A program made the translations under genes and the position numbers. Positions 29,613 through 37,752 of a stretch of 64,000 nt of DNA are shown here, in pieces. The notes under the pieces were generated by a model that did no database searches, was not told the DNA's origin, and saw only the letters and a list, made by a program, of their open reading frames with translations. Numbering within the stretch: the first letter of the stretch is position 1; each line of letters starts with the position of its first letter. The DNA is from a virus. Location: the IMG/VR virus record IMGVR_UViG_3300013132_000026, positions 63,127 through 127,126 of that record. One strand, 5' to 3'.

Positions 29613-29856
29613 TTTAAATTCGATTTTCCAAAACGTTGAAGCGCAAATCGCAAAATCTTCGATCCAAGAAGTTAGCAGAGCTTTTATACCTTTCCGAACG
29701 AATTGGTTTAGAGAAAGCTTTCTCGGCTATTGCGACCAAAACCGGACGCATTTCACTTCGGTCGTGAACAAAAAACGAATCACGATACACGTTTCGGGCG
29801 CAATTAGAGATTCTTTTTATCAAGACGAAAGCAAGTTCATCGTCCCGTTTATTTGA
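29599..29856 (+). CDS. hypothetical protein, possibly a diverged member of the small amphipathic family
   Basis: Coupled ORF. Confidence 0.5.
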   Translation: MKKISLNSIFQNVEAQIAKSSIQEVSRAFIPFRTNWFRESFLGYCDQNRTHFTSVVNKKRITIHVSGAIRDSFYQDESKFIVPFI

Positions 29857-29869
29857 ACTCGCAACTATT

Positions 29870-30058
29870 ATGACCGATTCTAAATTGCGCGCCGCAACGA
29901 TGGAAGATGTTAATGCTGCAACACTTGCCGCATTTCGCTGCCTAGAAGACTTAAAAGTGCTTGACGGGAACGACCCGAAACACGATGTTCTTTTCGAAGA
30001 AATAGCCGAAACGATTTCGCGACACTTTAATTACCCAGACTACAGCAATTATAATTAA
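29870..30058 (+). CDS. hypothetical protein
   Basis: Small ORF ending 'YPDYSNYN'. Confidence 0.55.
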   Translation: MTDSKLRAATMEDVNAATLAAFRCLEDLKVLDGNDPKHDVLFEEIAETISRHFNYPDYSNYN

Positions 30059-30291
30059 TGACCTCGATTTCTGAAAAAAATCTTGTTGCTGTCCGTCAAA
30101 AGATTGACAAACAAGTGAATCGCCGCTTGTTCAAAGAAATACGCGACCGTCCTTGGATCGACTCGGAAAGATTGAGAGGTTCCGATGTTTACGACGAGTG
30201 GAACCTTTCGAGTCTCGTAATTTTCGGCAAGCTTGACAGAAGCTTAAACGTCGTTGCATTTCAAATTAAAAATCAATTTTATTCTTGGTAG
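30058..30291 (+). CDS. hypothetical protein, possibly a diverged member of the small amphipathic family
   Basis: Coupled ORF with 'VRQKIDKQVNRRL…FQIKNQF'. Confidence 0.5.
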   Translation: MTSISEKNLVAVRQKIDKQVNRRLFKEIRDRPWIDSERLRGSDVYDEWNLSSLVIFGKLDRSLNVVAFQIKNQFYSW

Positions 30292-30295
30292 ACCG

Positions 30296-30469
30296 ATGAA
30301 AACCGAAGAATTTTACAAAAACATATTTTACAAAAATCGCGAAGAGATGCGTGATGCAGCGTGCAGAGTTTGCTATTCAATCGAAAACGGCCCTCTCGAT
30401 TCGTCAACTAACACGCGCATTTACAACGGCACTCAAAGAATTGTTAGTTTGGAAGTTCTTAAAGTGTGA
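30296..30469 (+). CDS. hypothetical protein
   Basis: ATG 30296. Confidence 0.45.
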   Translation: MKTEEFYKNIFYKNREEMRDAACRVCYSIENGPLDSSTNTRIYNGTQRIVSLEVLKV

Positions 30470-30551
30470 ACCGATATTCGCAGAGAATTTCTCAAAAATC
30501 GCTTGACACTTTTAAATCGCTGAACTAACTTATCCTCACTTTCCGAAAACC

Positions 30552-31568
30552 ATGAGTAAGATTACGAAACTGACCGAAGAACAGGTTGCAAAGCTAGACG
30601 TTTACGTCAACGAGTGGGTCGCCAAGGGACTCACGACCGAGCGTAAGACTCAACAGGACGCAGAGCGCGATTTCACTGAATTTCAGCGTCACGTTCTCAA
30701 GCGCGAACCCTCCCCCGTTATTCTTCTTGACTCGCCTGCCGATTGCTGGCGCGTCGTTTTGCAGCACACGCTGCGCGAGAACGACGAAGTCAAACAGCTT
30801 CTCAACGAGAAGATCGAGAAGAAGCTGGCGTTGAAGAAGAACAAGAATGCTGCTCGCGAGAGCATCGAAGCTTCGATCTTCGAAGAAATCTTGAACGATG
30901 CGGAGAAGACGATCCCCATCGTTTACCCGTACTTCGACTGTCAGTTCTGGGCCGGATGGTTCAGCTTCTACGAGTTTTGCAGAAACGAACTGAAGATCTC
31001 GTTCGACAACATCACCGAATACACGGCGATGCTCAACTGTCAGCCTTACGGCATGGTGTGGCCCCTCGACACGATTTGCGTCGTGTGCCAACCCCCGACC
31101 GTGATCGAGCGCAACGAGCGCAGCTTGCATTGCGAAACTGGTCCTGCGGTCTCGTACAACGGTAAAAACGAGATTTATTCTCTGAACGGCATCGTTGTGC
31201 CAAAGGAACTCGTAACGACGCCTGCCGAAGACCTTTCGCTCGATTTTTTCACGAAGGAAAAGAACGCTGACGTAAAGGCAGAATTCGTTCGTAAATACGG
31301 GATAGAACGGATGCTTGACCTCGGCAAGCGAGTCGATTCTTACGAGAACTATGACGCCAACACGCACGAATGGTGGCACAAGAGCGAGTACGAGCTTTGG
31401 GACATGGCTGCGCTGTTTGGTATCGACTATCAGCCGTACCTAAAGATGAGGAACCAAACGACCGACATATGGCACGTCGAAGCCGTTTCTCCCGCTTGTC
31501 GCACGCTTCGAGACGCGATCAAAGAGCGTTTCGGTGGTCGCGAGATGAAGATCGTCGCAATCTCCTAG
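30552..31568 (+). CDS. DUF6745-like protein
   Basis: 'I.KLT.EQ…Y..EW…GL.T', 'DSP', 'AGW.SFYEF', 'WP….C.V…P', 'LHCE.GPA', 'NG..VP', 'N..V……G.ER'. Confidence 0.75.
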   Translation: MSKITKLTEEQVAKLDVYVNEWVAKGLTTERKTQQDAERDFTEFQRHVLKREPSPVILLDSPADCWRVVLQHTLRENDEVKQLLNEKIEKKLALKKNKNAARESIEASIFEEILNDAEKTIPIVYPYFDCQFWAGWFSFYEFCRNELKISFDNITEYTAMLNCQPYGMVWPLDTICVVCQPPTVIERNERSLHCETGPAVSYNGKNEIYSLNGIVVPKELVTTPAEDLSLDFFTKEKNADVKAEFVRKYGIERMLDLGKRVDSYENYDANTHEWWHKSEYELWDMAALFGIDYQPYLKMRNQTTDIWHVEAVSPACRTLRDAIKERFGGREMKIVAIS

Positions 31569-31621
31569 TTTTTTATGTAAATTAATTAGACAAACAGTAA
31601 CATTCAATCCAATATAAGCAA

Positions 31622-31957
31622 ATGAACAGCAATGAAGTGATCCTCCACGGCGAGTGCATGGTGTTTCGTTCCACGATCCCAGCAAACGCCAAGCCGAAGC
31701 AGAAGAGCAAGACTGGCTTCGTTATCGTCGCAGATTCGGAAACTTCTGGCAATCATCACGTTGTCGATGAAACGGTTGGCGTAGACTTTTACGAAGCGGA
31801 CGGCAAGCTGTACATGAACAGCTCTGTCGATACGACGATTCGTTGTTTGCACGCCGAGCGTCACGACACGATCAAGCTGACTGCCGGAACTTACGAGTTT
31901 GGCTCGCAGCAAGAGTACGATCCGTTCACGGCTCGCCTCCAAGCGGTGCGCGACTAA
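31622..31957 (+). CDS. His-rich beta protein typically paired with DUF6745 genes
   Basis: 'HGE', 'A.SE.SGNHH', 'HD.I.L..G.Y….QQEYDP….V.D'. Confidence 0.75.
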   Translation: MNSNEVILHGECMVFRSTIPANAKPKQKSKTGFVIVADSETSGNHHVVDETVGVDFYEADGKLYMNSSVDTTIRCLHAERHDTIKLTAGTYEFGSQQEYDPFTARLQAVRD

Positions 31958-32385
31958 TGGACGAGTCCGATCTCATCAAACGCGAAAAAGTAGTCGTTGC
32001 GACCAGCGGCTACTTTAATCCGTTGCACGTTGGACACATCGAGCACCTTGAAAAAGCGAAACAACTAGGTGATGAGCTAGTTGTTATCGTCAATTCGGAT
32101 CGTCAAGTTGAGCAGAAAGGCTCGAAAAAGTTTCAAACAGAAGCTGACCGACTACGGATCGTAGCGGCACTAAAGTGCGTTGATCGTGTTGTTTTGTCCG
32201 TAGACGAAGACACGACTCAATGCAAAACGCTTGCTCTATTAAAACCAAACATTTTCGCGAAAGGCGGCGACCGCTTCGCGTCAGAAATCCCAGAAACTCC
32301 CGTTTGCAAAGAACTTGGAATAGAGATTGTTGACGGTCTCGGCGCAAAGATTCGCGCCAGTTCTGAAATTTTAAAGCATATTTAA
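31957..32385 (+). CDS. cytidylyltransferase-like protein (HIGH family, TagD/RfaE-like)
   Basis: 'SGYFNPLHVGH', 'LVVIVNSD', 'R…V.ALKCVD', 'KGGDR', 'SS'. Confidence 0.9.
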   Translation: MDESDLIKREKVVVATSGYFNPLHVGHIEHLEKAKQLGDELVVIVNSDRQVEQKGSKKFQTEADRLRIVAALKCVDRVVLSVDEDTTQCKTLALLKPNIFAKGGDRFASEIPETPVCKELGIEIVDGLGAKIRASSEILKHI

Positions 32386-32456
32386 ATGCTATTAGTTTTT
32401 GCGGCAACAGTTATTCTGCTGTTGATTCTCGTCACGGCAGAGGACACGATGTAATT

Positions 32457-32594
32457 ACGAACACCAAATTGCGGAAAGAAATTGAGAGTCACTTGGCGAA
32501 CCAAGTGGCGGGCCAAGTGAAGAGCTAATTGGGGAGTCAAGTGGAAGAACAAGTGTGGAACCAAGTGCGGGGTCAACTGGAGAGGCAACTTTAA
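32457..32594 (+). pseudogene. decayed QV-repeat mini-gene
   Basis: Frame reads (ACG)NTKLRKEIESHLANQVAGQVKS*LGSQVEEQVWNQVRGQLERQL*. The probable start ATG has become ACG and an internal CAA has become TAA. Confidence 0.6.
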
Positions 32595-32926
32595 TGAATT
32601 TTTCTAAAGCGATCAAAGGTCGAGTACGGGACCATGTGAGACTGCAAGCGTTGGATCGGATTCGAATGCCGCCCCAAGTTAATCACTTGGATAATCAACT
32701 GCGGCTCCAAGTGCATGGTCAAGTACGGTCCCAAGTGTGGGAGCAAATGGGGTTCCGAACGTGGAACCAAGTGCTAAACCAAGTGCGGGGTCAAGTGTGG
32801 AGTCAAGTGGATAGCCAAGTGGATAGCCAAGTGTATCGCCAAGTGCTAAACCAAGTGCGGAACCAAGTGGAGAACCAAGTGGGGAGACGAGTGTGGAACC
32901 AAGTGTTGCGCCAAGTGTATGACTAA
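32594..32926 (+). CDS. QVxx-repeat protein 1
   Basis: MNFSKAIK…QVWSQVDSQV…. ATG overlaps the upstream TAA. Confidence 0.7.
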   Translation: MNFSKAIKGRVRDHVRLQALDRIRMPPQVNHLDNQLRLQVHGQVRSQVWEQMGFRTWNQVLNQVRGQVWSQVDSQVDSQVYRQVLNQVRNQVENQVGRRVWNQVLRQVYD

Positions 32927-32943
32927 GTGAGGAGGTGCCTTCA

Positions 32944-33213
32944 ATGAACATTTTTAAAACAATTGAAAAGCAACTGTGGATACAAGTGTGGGACCAAGTT
33001 GTGAATAAAGTGCAAGCTTTAGGGCGGACCCAAGTGGATCGCCAAGTGGGAACTCAAGTGGTGAATGAAGCGTATAGCCAAGTGCGGAATCAAATGACGA
33101 TCCAAGTGAGGAGACGAGTAACGAGTCAAGTAACGACTCGGGTTGATGACCTAGTGGTGAATCAAGTACAGGTCTTGGTTTTACCTGAAGTGACAAACCA
33201 AGTACGCAGTTGA
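32944..33213 (+). CDS. QVxx-repeat protein 2
   Basis: MNIFKTIEKQLWIQVWDQV…. Confidence 0.7.
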   Translation: MNIFKTIEKQLWIQVWDQVVNKVQALGRTQVDRQVGTQVVNEAYSQVRNQMTIQVRRRVTSQVTTRVDDLVVNQVQVLVLPEVTNQVRS

Positions 33214-33242
33214 GTGACAAACCAAGTGCGGAGACGCCTTCA

Positions 33243-33575
33243 ATGAATTTTTCCAAAGCAATTAAAGACCAAGTGGGGGATCAAGTGCGGGACCAAGTGG
33301 ATAGCCAAGTGTATCGCCAAGTGCTAAACCAAGTGCGGAACCAAGTGGAGAACCAAGTGGGGAGACGAGTGTGGAACCAAGTGTGGGAGCAAGTGCTAAA
33401 CCAAGTGCGGAACCAAGTGTGGGACCAATTAGGGAACCAAGTGGGGAGACGAGTGTGGAACCAAGTGTGGGAGCAAGTGTGGAACCAAGTGTGGGACCAA
33501 TTAGGGAACCAAGTGTGGAAACAAGTGCGGAGCCAAGTTCGTGCACAAATACCGCATCAAATCTCAAAATTATGA
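33243..33575 (+). CDS. QVxx-repeat protein 3
   Basis: MNFSKAIKDQVGDQVRDQV…. Confidence 0.72.
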   Translation: MNFSKAIKDQVGDQVRDQVDSQVYRQVLNQVRNQVENQVGRRVWNQVWEQVLNQVRNQVWDQLGNQVGRRVWNQVWEQVWNQVWDQLGNQVWKQVRSQVRAQIPHQISKL

Positions 33576-33799
33576 AAAAAATTTATAATCGAGACGAGAG
33601 CAACTCTATGAATGTTTTTAAAAAATTTGAAAACCGAATACGGCTCGAATTAAGATTTTCAGAGAACATTTGGTTTAACGCTATGCGCTCCCCGAAGTGC
33701 AAAGTCGATGATTCGTTAGAATTTAGAATCTGGGGCGAAATTAAATTTAGCACTCAAACTTTGGTTGACGATATTGTTCTTTCGTCGAGAACGCGATAA
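33572..33799 (+). CDS. diverged member of the mini-gene family
   Basis: Coupled ORF. Internal 'MNVFKKFENRI' resembles the family leader. Confidence 0.55.
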   Translation: MKKIYNRDESNSMNVFKKFENRIRLELRFSENIWFNAMRSPKCKVDDSLEFRIWGEIKFSTQTLVDDIVLSSRTR

Positions 33800-33866
33800 C
33801 ACGCCGCCTTTGGCGCATTATCGAACAAATTTCCATTTAACGCGCCGTTTTTGACGCGCAAACATA

Positions 33867-34088
33867 ATGCCGCTTTTCGAGTCAACGGTGAGAAACGCGA
33901 TTCGCGAACAAAGCGTTCGCCGTGTATGCGAAAAAATTTGTAACGCCGAAGATCATTTCGAGCGTGCAATTTCGCGCAGTTTCGATTCGAATCTATTCTA
34001 CTCGCGAATAAATTGGACGATTAGCCCAGATTCTCTCGCTTTATCGACGATAATCGCCGTTATAAAACACAAATTCGATGAGTCTTAA
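33867..34088 (+). CDS. small hypothetical protein within the array
   Basis: 73-aa ORF with 4-residue hydrophobic periodicity. Confidence 0.5.
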   Translation: MPLFESTVRNAIREQSVRRVCEKICNAEDHFERAISRSFDSNLFYSRINWTISPDSLALSTIIAVIKHKFDES

Positions 34089-34293
34089 CGTTAAAAAAAT
34101 AACATCTGAGATAAAAAAGGCCAACTATGTATCGAGCTCCGCAATTCGCGAGCAAGTTGCAACGTGCTCGACGTTCGTGACCGCTTCCGTTTCGCACGTT
34201 AAGTGGTCGCGTGAAGACGCTTTTGTTCTTTTGCTCGATGCGCGAGTTAAAATAAACTCTTCTGTGTTTATAGCCCGCCGAGGCGTACGATGA
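34078..34293 (+). CDS. small hypothetical protein within the array
   Basis: Overlapping ORF with 'IREQV'. Confidence 0.5.
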   Translation: MSLNVKKITSEIKKANYVSSSAIREQVATCSTFVTASVSHVKWSREDAFVLLLDARVKINSSVFIARRGVR

Positions 34294-34511
34294 AACAACT
34301 TTATCTTCCGCAAATATTAAAATATCATGTCGCGCATAACGTTCGAATGCGAGTGAAAGAGCAAATGTGGCTTGTCGTTGGAGAGCAGATGAACTATGTT
34401 CGCGAAGGATTGTTGATCGGACATCGACTAGAATCGAACGTTATACTCGAATTGCAGCGCGAACTCATCATTCCAGTTGCGTCTCAAACGAGACACTCTA
34501 ATCTTCTCTAA
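34290..34511 (+). CDS. diverged member of the mini-gene family
   Basis: 'HVAHNVRMRVKEQMWLVVGEQM'. Confidence 0.55.
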   Translation: MKQLYLPQILKYHVAHNVRMRVKEQMWLVVGEQMNYVREGLLIGHRLESNVILELQRELIIPVASQTRHSNLL

Positions 34512-34748
34512 ATGAACATTTTTGAAACGATTAAAGATCAAGTGCTAAACCAAGTGGAGAACCAAGTGTGGAACCAAGTGTGGGACCAATTAGGGAACCA
34601 AGTGGAGAACCAAGTGGGGGAGCAAGTGCGGGACCAAATGCGGGACCAAGTGTATCGCCAAGTGGGTCGCCAAGTGGGTCGCCATCTGATGAACCAAGTG
34701 ATGAACCAAGTGGAGAATCAAGTGAGAGATCGATATGAATTTAGATAA
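34512..34748 (+). CDS. QVxx-repeat protein 4
   Basis: MNIFETIKDQVLNQVENQV…. Confidence 0.72.
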   Translation: MNIFETIKDQVLNQVENQVWNQVWDQLGNQVENQVGEQVRDQMRDQVYRQVGRQVGRHLMNQVMNQVENQVRDRYEFR

Positions 34749-35222
34749 AAAAATTGAAGATCGAGTGTGGGTCCAAGTGGCGCGTCAAGTGCGGAACCAA
34801 GTGCAGATCCGAGTGCGGTCCCAAATGCGGGACCAAATGTGGAACCAAATGACAAACCAAGTGTGGAACCAAGTGTGGAACCAAGTATACGACCAAGCGG
34901 TGATACGAGTGCGGAGCCGAGTCGATGACCGAGTGCGGAATCGTTTTTAATGAATTCTTCTAAAACAATTAAAGATCAAGTGTGGAGCCAAGTGTGGGGC
35001 CAAGTGCGGAACCAAGTGGAGAACCAAGTGGGGGAGCAAGTGCGGGACCAAATGCGGGACCAAGTGTGGAACCAAATGCTAAACCAAGTGCGGGGTCAAG
35101 TGTGGAACCAAGTGTGGGACCAAGTGTGGCATCGAGTGTGGAACCAAGTGCGGAGCCAAGTGTCTCGCCAAATGAAGATCCAAGTGTCGGATCAAATGAA
35201 GATCCAAGTGGTGAGCCAAATG
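34537..35222 (+). repeat. 12-nt-period CCAAGTG tandem repeat, block 2
   Basis: Directly visible. Confidence 0.95.
34735..34950 (+). CDS. QVxx-repeat protein 5
   Basis: MNLDKKIEDRVWVQVARQV…. Confidence 0.72.
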   Translation: MNLDKKIEDRVWVQVARQVRNQVQIRVRSQMRDQMWNQMTNQVWNQVWNQVYDQAVIRVRSRVDDRVRNRF

Positions 35223-35237
35223 CAGGGCGAACTTTGA
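34950..35237 (+). CDS. QVxx-repeat protein 6
   Basis: MNSSKTIKDQVWSQVWGQV…. Confidence 0.72.
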   Translation: MNSSKTIKDQVWSQVWGQVRNQVENQVGEQVRDQMRDQVWNQMLNQVRGQVWNQVWDQVWHRVWNQVRSQVSRQMKIQVSDQMKIQVVSQMQGEL

Positions 35238-35380
35238 TGAAACTTTCTAAAAACATTCAAAATCAAATTCGCACAGCAGTTAACGACAAAGTTTGGGACA
35301 AAATTTACTTTGCTATCGTTGACACCGTGTCAAAACATACGCTAACTAAATACTCTTCTCAAAGAAAACTCGCACTTTAA
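35237..35380 (+). CDS. short diverged member of the mini-gene family
   Basis: MKLSKNIQNQIRTAVNDKVWDKI…. Coupled via TGATG. Confidence 0.55.
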   Translation: MKLSKNIQNQIRTAVNDKVWDKIYFAIVDTVSKHTLTKYSSQRKLAL

Positions 35381-35400
35381 ACATAATATAAGACAACACT

Positions 35401-35706
35401 ATGAATTACCAACAAGCCCTCAATAACATTGCGGCCCTTCATGCCCAAGTTCGTTTGACCCCACAGGTCCACGAAGCAGTCAAGGAATCGCTCCTTGTTT
35501 TAAACGAATTTTTTAGCCCAAAGAAGTCGGACCAGAAGTACCAGATCGGCCCGAACGACGCATTCAATAACCTCGTTGCAATGTACAACGCTTCTCAAGT
35601 GTCGCTTCAAGAACACGAAGCTCTAAAAGCAAGTTTCGAGTTTATTGCGACCGAGTTGCAAAAGGAAGCTAATTTGCCCGTTTCTAAACAATTAAACAAC
35701 ACTTAA
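35401..35706 (+). CDS. hypothetical protein with internal duplication
   Basis: Two copies of 'A.NN..A……L…HEA.K.S'. Confidence 0.65.
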   Translation: MNYQQALNNIAALHAQVRLTPQVHEAVKESLLVLNEFFSPKKSDQKYQIGPNDAFNNLVAMYNASQVSLQEHEALKASFEFIATELQKEANLPVSKQLNNT

Positions 35707-35895
35707 TAGTTTGTTTTTGAACTGGGATGAGAGGAAGATTGGTAATTCAGCACGATTTCGCACGTTTTTTAACATTCTAACAGAACAGAAGATCTTTTAC
35801 GTTAAAAAAGAGAAAAGGGAGCAAGAACGTGTTGACAAGTTGACCAAAAAGCCTCAAAAAACTAGCGAGAAAACGACTCAAAAACTGACCCAATT

Positions 35896-36165
35896 TTGAC
35901 CATGAATTTTGCACGCATTTTCGGCGCAATTCCTAGTGAATTTTTCTTCTATTTCATCCTCATTCTTTGCTTCATCGCTTTGGTAGTTTCCCACGTTAAA
36001 ACGTCGGACAAAAAGATCGAAGACTTCTACAAAAAGGCCAATCCAATCGACATGGATAAAATGCGTAAGAACCTACAAACCAAGCACAAGCATAAGAAAG
36101 AGATCGAGTTTGGCAAAGTGTCGCCCGAAGAGGTTCGTAAGGGCTTCGCCAAGCGCAAGCGGTAA
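35896..36165 (+). CDS. small membrane protein
   Basis: One TM helix and a basic tail. Confidence 0.55.
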   Translation: MTMNFARIFGAIPSEFFFYFILILCFIALVVSHVKTSDKKIEDFYKKANPIDMDKMRKNLQTKHKHKKEIEFGKVSPEEVRKGFAKRKR

Positions 36166-36444
36166 GCCAAAAACCACGTTCGAATGGGTTAACACAATGC
36201 CCCTTCCCCTCGAAGAATATACATAGGGGAGACGATAGACGTATAGATAGAAAAGAAGAATAGAAATATAGAAGAGAAAGACAAAAGAAAGATAAAGGAA
36301 AGATAAAGGAAAGATGAGAGAGAAGTGAGGGGGGTTAGAGATTATTTACTGTCCACGACTCCTCTATTTTTTATTCATTTTTATTCATTCTCCCCCATTT
36401 TCGCCCACGTTATCCCGCTGCTATTCTTTCCAGTTCTTTCTAGT

Positions 36445-36651
36445 ATGTTTCTACTTAAGTTGTTACGGCTCACGGCTTTATGCGTTGCGGCGAGCACCGT
36501 GGTTGTGCTCGGAGCGGCGGCAATCTCGGTTCTCGCTGTGTTGTTGGGCGCGGGCGCGGTCATTGTGTTGCCGTGCCTCGCAATCGAAAAAATGGTGACG
36601 AAACTCGCAGAGAAAAACAGAAGAAAATGGCCCGAAAGTGTTGACGTCTAG
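36445..36651 (+). CDS. hydrophobic membrane protein
   Basis: ATG 36445, long hydrophobic segment. Confidence 0.5.
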   Translation: MFLLKLLRLTALCVAASTVVVLGAAAISVLAVLLGAGAVIVLPCLAIEKMVTKLAEKNRRKWPESVDV

Positions 36652-36806
36652 TGTTGTTTTGATATATTCCTGGTAGGGTAAAATACAAAGTGCACTTTCT
36701 CACAAACATCTAAACATGAATGAGTTAGCCAAAATAAGCGGTTTTTAGGCGGCGAAACATGAACGCGAAAAAGCGAAACGCGAATGACCACGGTGTAAAT
36801 ACTAAC

Positions 36807-37370
36807 GTGAAACAAGCAAATATACTATTATTGACGCTGCTGCTAAGTGGTTGCAACTCGTTCCGCAAGGCCGACTCCGCCGATGTGAGCAAAAACGCTC
36901 CAGTTTTCATTCGTTCGCCCGCTAGTGTCGCTGCGGAGAAGAAACCGGAAGTGCCGAGATTATATTCGTTCGATACGGAGCCGCTAGTAATAATGAAGGA
37001 GGCCGACTTAAATAGGTTAGTTGAGCGGGCAAAGACGAACGCGCCCGGCGTAAATAACGAAAAGGTGAATGAGTCTGCGGTAAATAACGAAAAGGTGAAC
37101 GACATTTTGCCAAATAAAATCGAGGAAGTCCGCCCAGTTGCTCTAACCAGCGATTTGCAAGTGCAAACCGTTGAAGTTAGCCCGTTTTTGCAAGAGCAAA
37201 CAGTTGTCGATAGCAGGCGTTCTGCATTTGCAACGATCTTGCTTTACCTAACGGTAGCAGGAATCGCTTTCGGTTTCCTAACGCTCGTTAAAAAGTTTTT
37301 CTTTAGGCAGAATGAAACGGCCCCCGCCACCACCTTCCCCGCGCCCAAAACCAAAGAAGATAAAGTTTGA
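36807..37370 (+). CDS. lipoprotein with C-terminal TM helix (unimolecular spanin candidate)
   Basis: GTG start, lipobox LLLSG|C, C-terminal 'AFATILLYLTVAGIAFGFLTLV', GTGTAA motif at 36793. Confidence 0.5.
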   Translation: MKQANILLLTLLLSGCNSFRKADSADVSKNAPVFIRSPASVAAEKKPEVPRLYSFDTEPLVIMKEADLNRLVERAKTNAPGVNNEKVNESAVNNEKVNDILPNKIEEVRPVALTSDLQVQTVEVSPFLQEQTVVDSRRSAFATILLYLTVAGIAFGFLTLVKKFFFRQNETAPATTFPAPKTKEDKV

Positions 37371-37499
37371 CACGAAAAAGATCTTGCGCAAGCGGCGAGT
37401 CGAATCGGATTAAAAACACGCAGAAAAGTCTTCTGCTGGTGGTGATTTTTTTTTGAATAAAAGTGTTGATCTTCGAGAACACGGTGCTACTGTCTCTGT

Positions 37500-37730
37500 A
37501 TGAACCCCGAGACACAACCCAAGCGTGGTCGCGGACGCCCAGTCGGTGCGACCTCTTTTGTTAACGTCAGCCTCGCTGACCTTCAGCAGTATGTCGGCAA
37601 CAGTGCGCCCGTTCCGATTTCGCGCCTCTGGCTCGAAAAAATGCACTTGACAGTTGCACCGATTGAAGCTTCTGTACGCGAAGCATCGGCAACTCCTGTC
37701 GTGCAGTTTAAGGTCACGCAGCTCGATTAA
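37500..37730 (+). CDS. AT-hook-containing small DNA-binding protein
   Basis: KRGRGRP. Leaderless promoter TTGATC-N16-TACTGT. Confidence 0.65.
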   Translation: MNPETQPKRGRGRPVGATSFVNVSLADLQQYVGNSAPVPISRLWLEKMHLTVAPIEASVREASATPVVQFKVTQLD

Positions 37731-37752
37731 AAAACAATAAAAATTGCTGAAC

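Larger units (their letters stand above)
32499..33540 (+). repeat. 12-nt-period tandem repeat (core CCAAGTG, e.g. AACCAAGTGTGG), block 1
   Basis: Dozens of CAAGTG units at 12-nt spacing, directly visible. Confidence 0.95.

Noticed and set aside
32499-35222. CRISPR array interpretation of the CCAAGTG repeats
   Set aside because: The period is 12 nt with about 5-nt variable parts, far too short for spacers. The repeats stay in frame within ORFs and no cas genes are present.
32499-35222. Diversity-generating retroelement (template/variable repeat pair)
   Set aside because: No reverse transcriptase in the window and no adenine-specific mismatch pattern was evident.
32382-35380. Alternative-frame ORFs (EPSV/PSA repeats on +, TLGS repeats on -)
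   Set aside because: These are shadows of the 12-nt repeat. Only the QV frame has conserved leaders and start-stop coupling.
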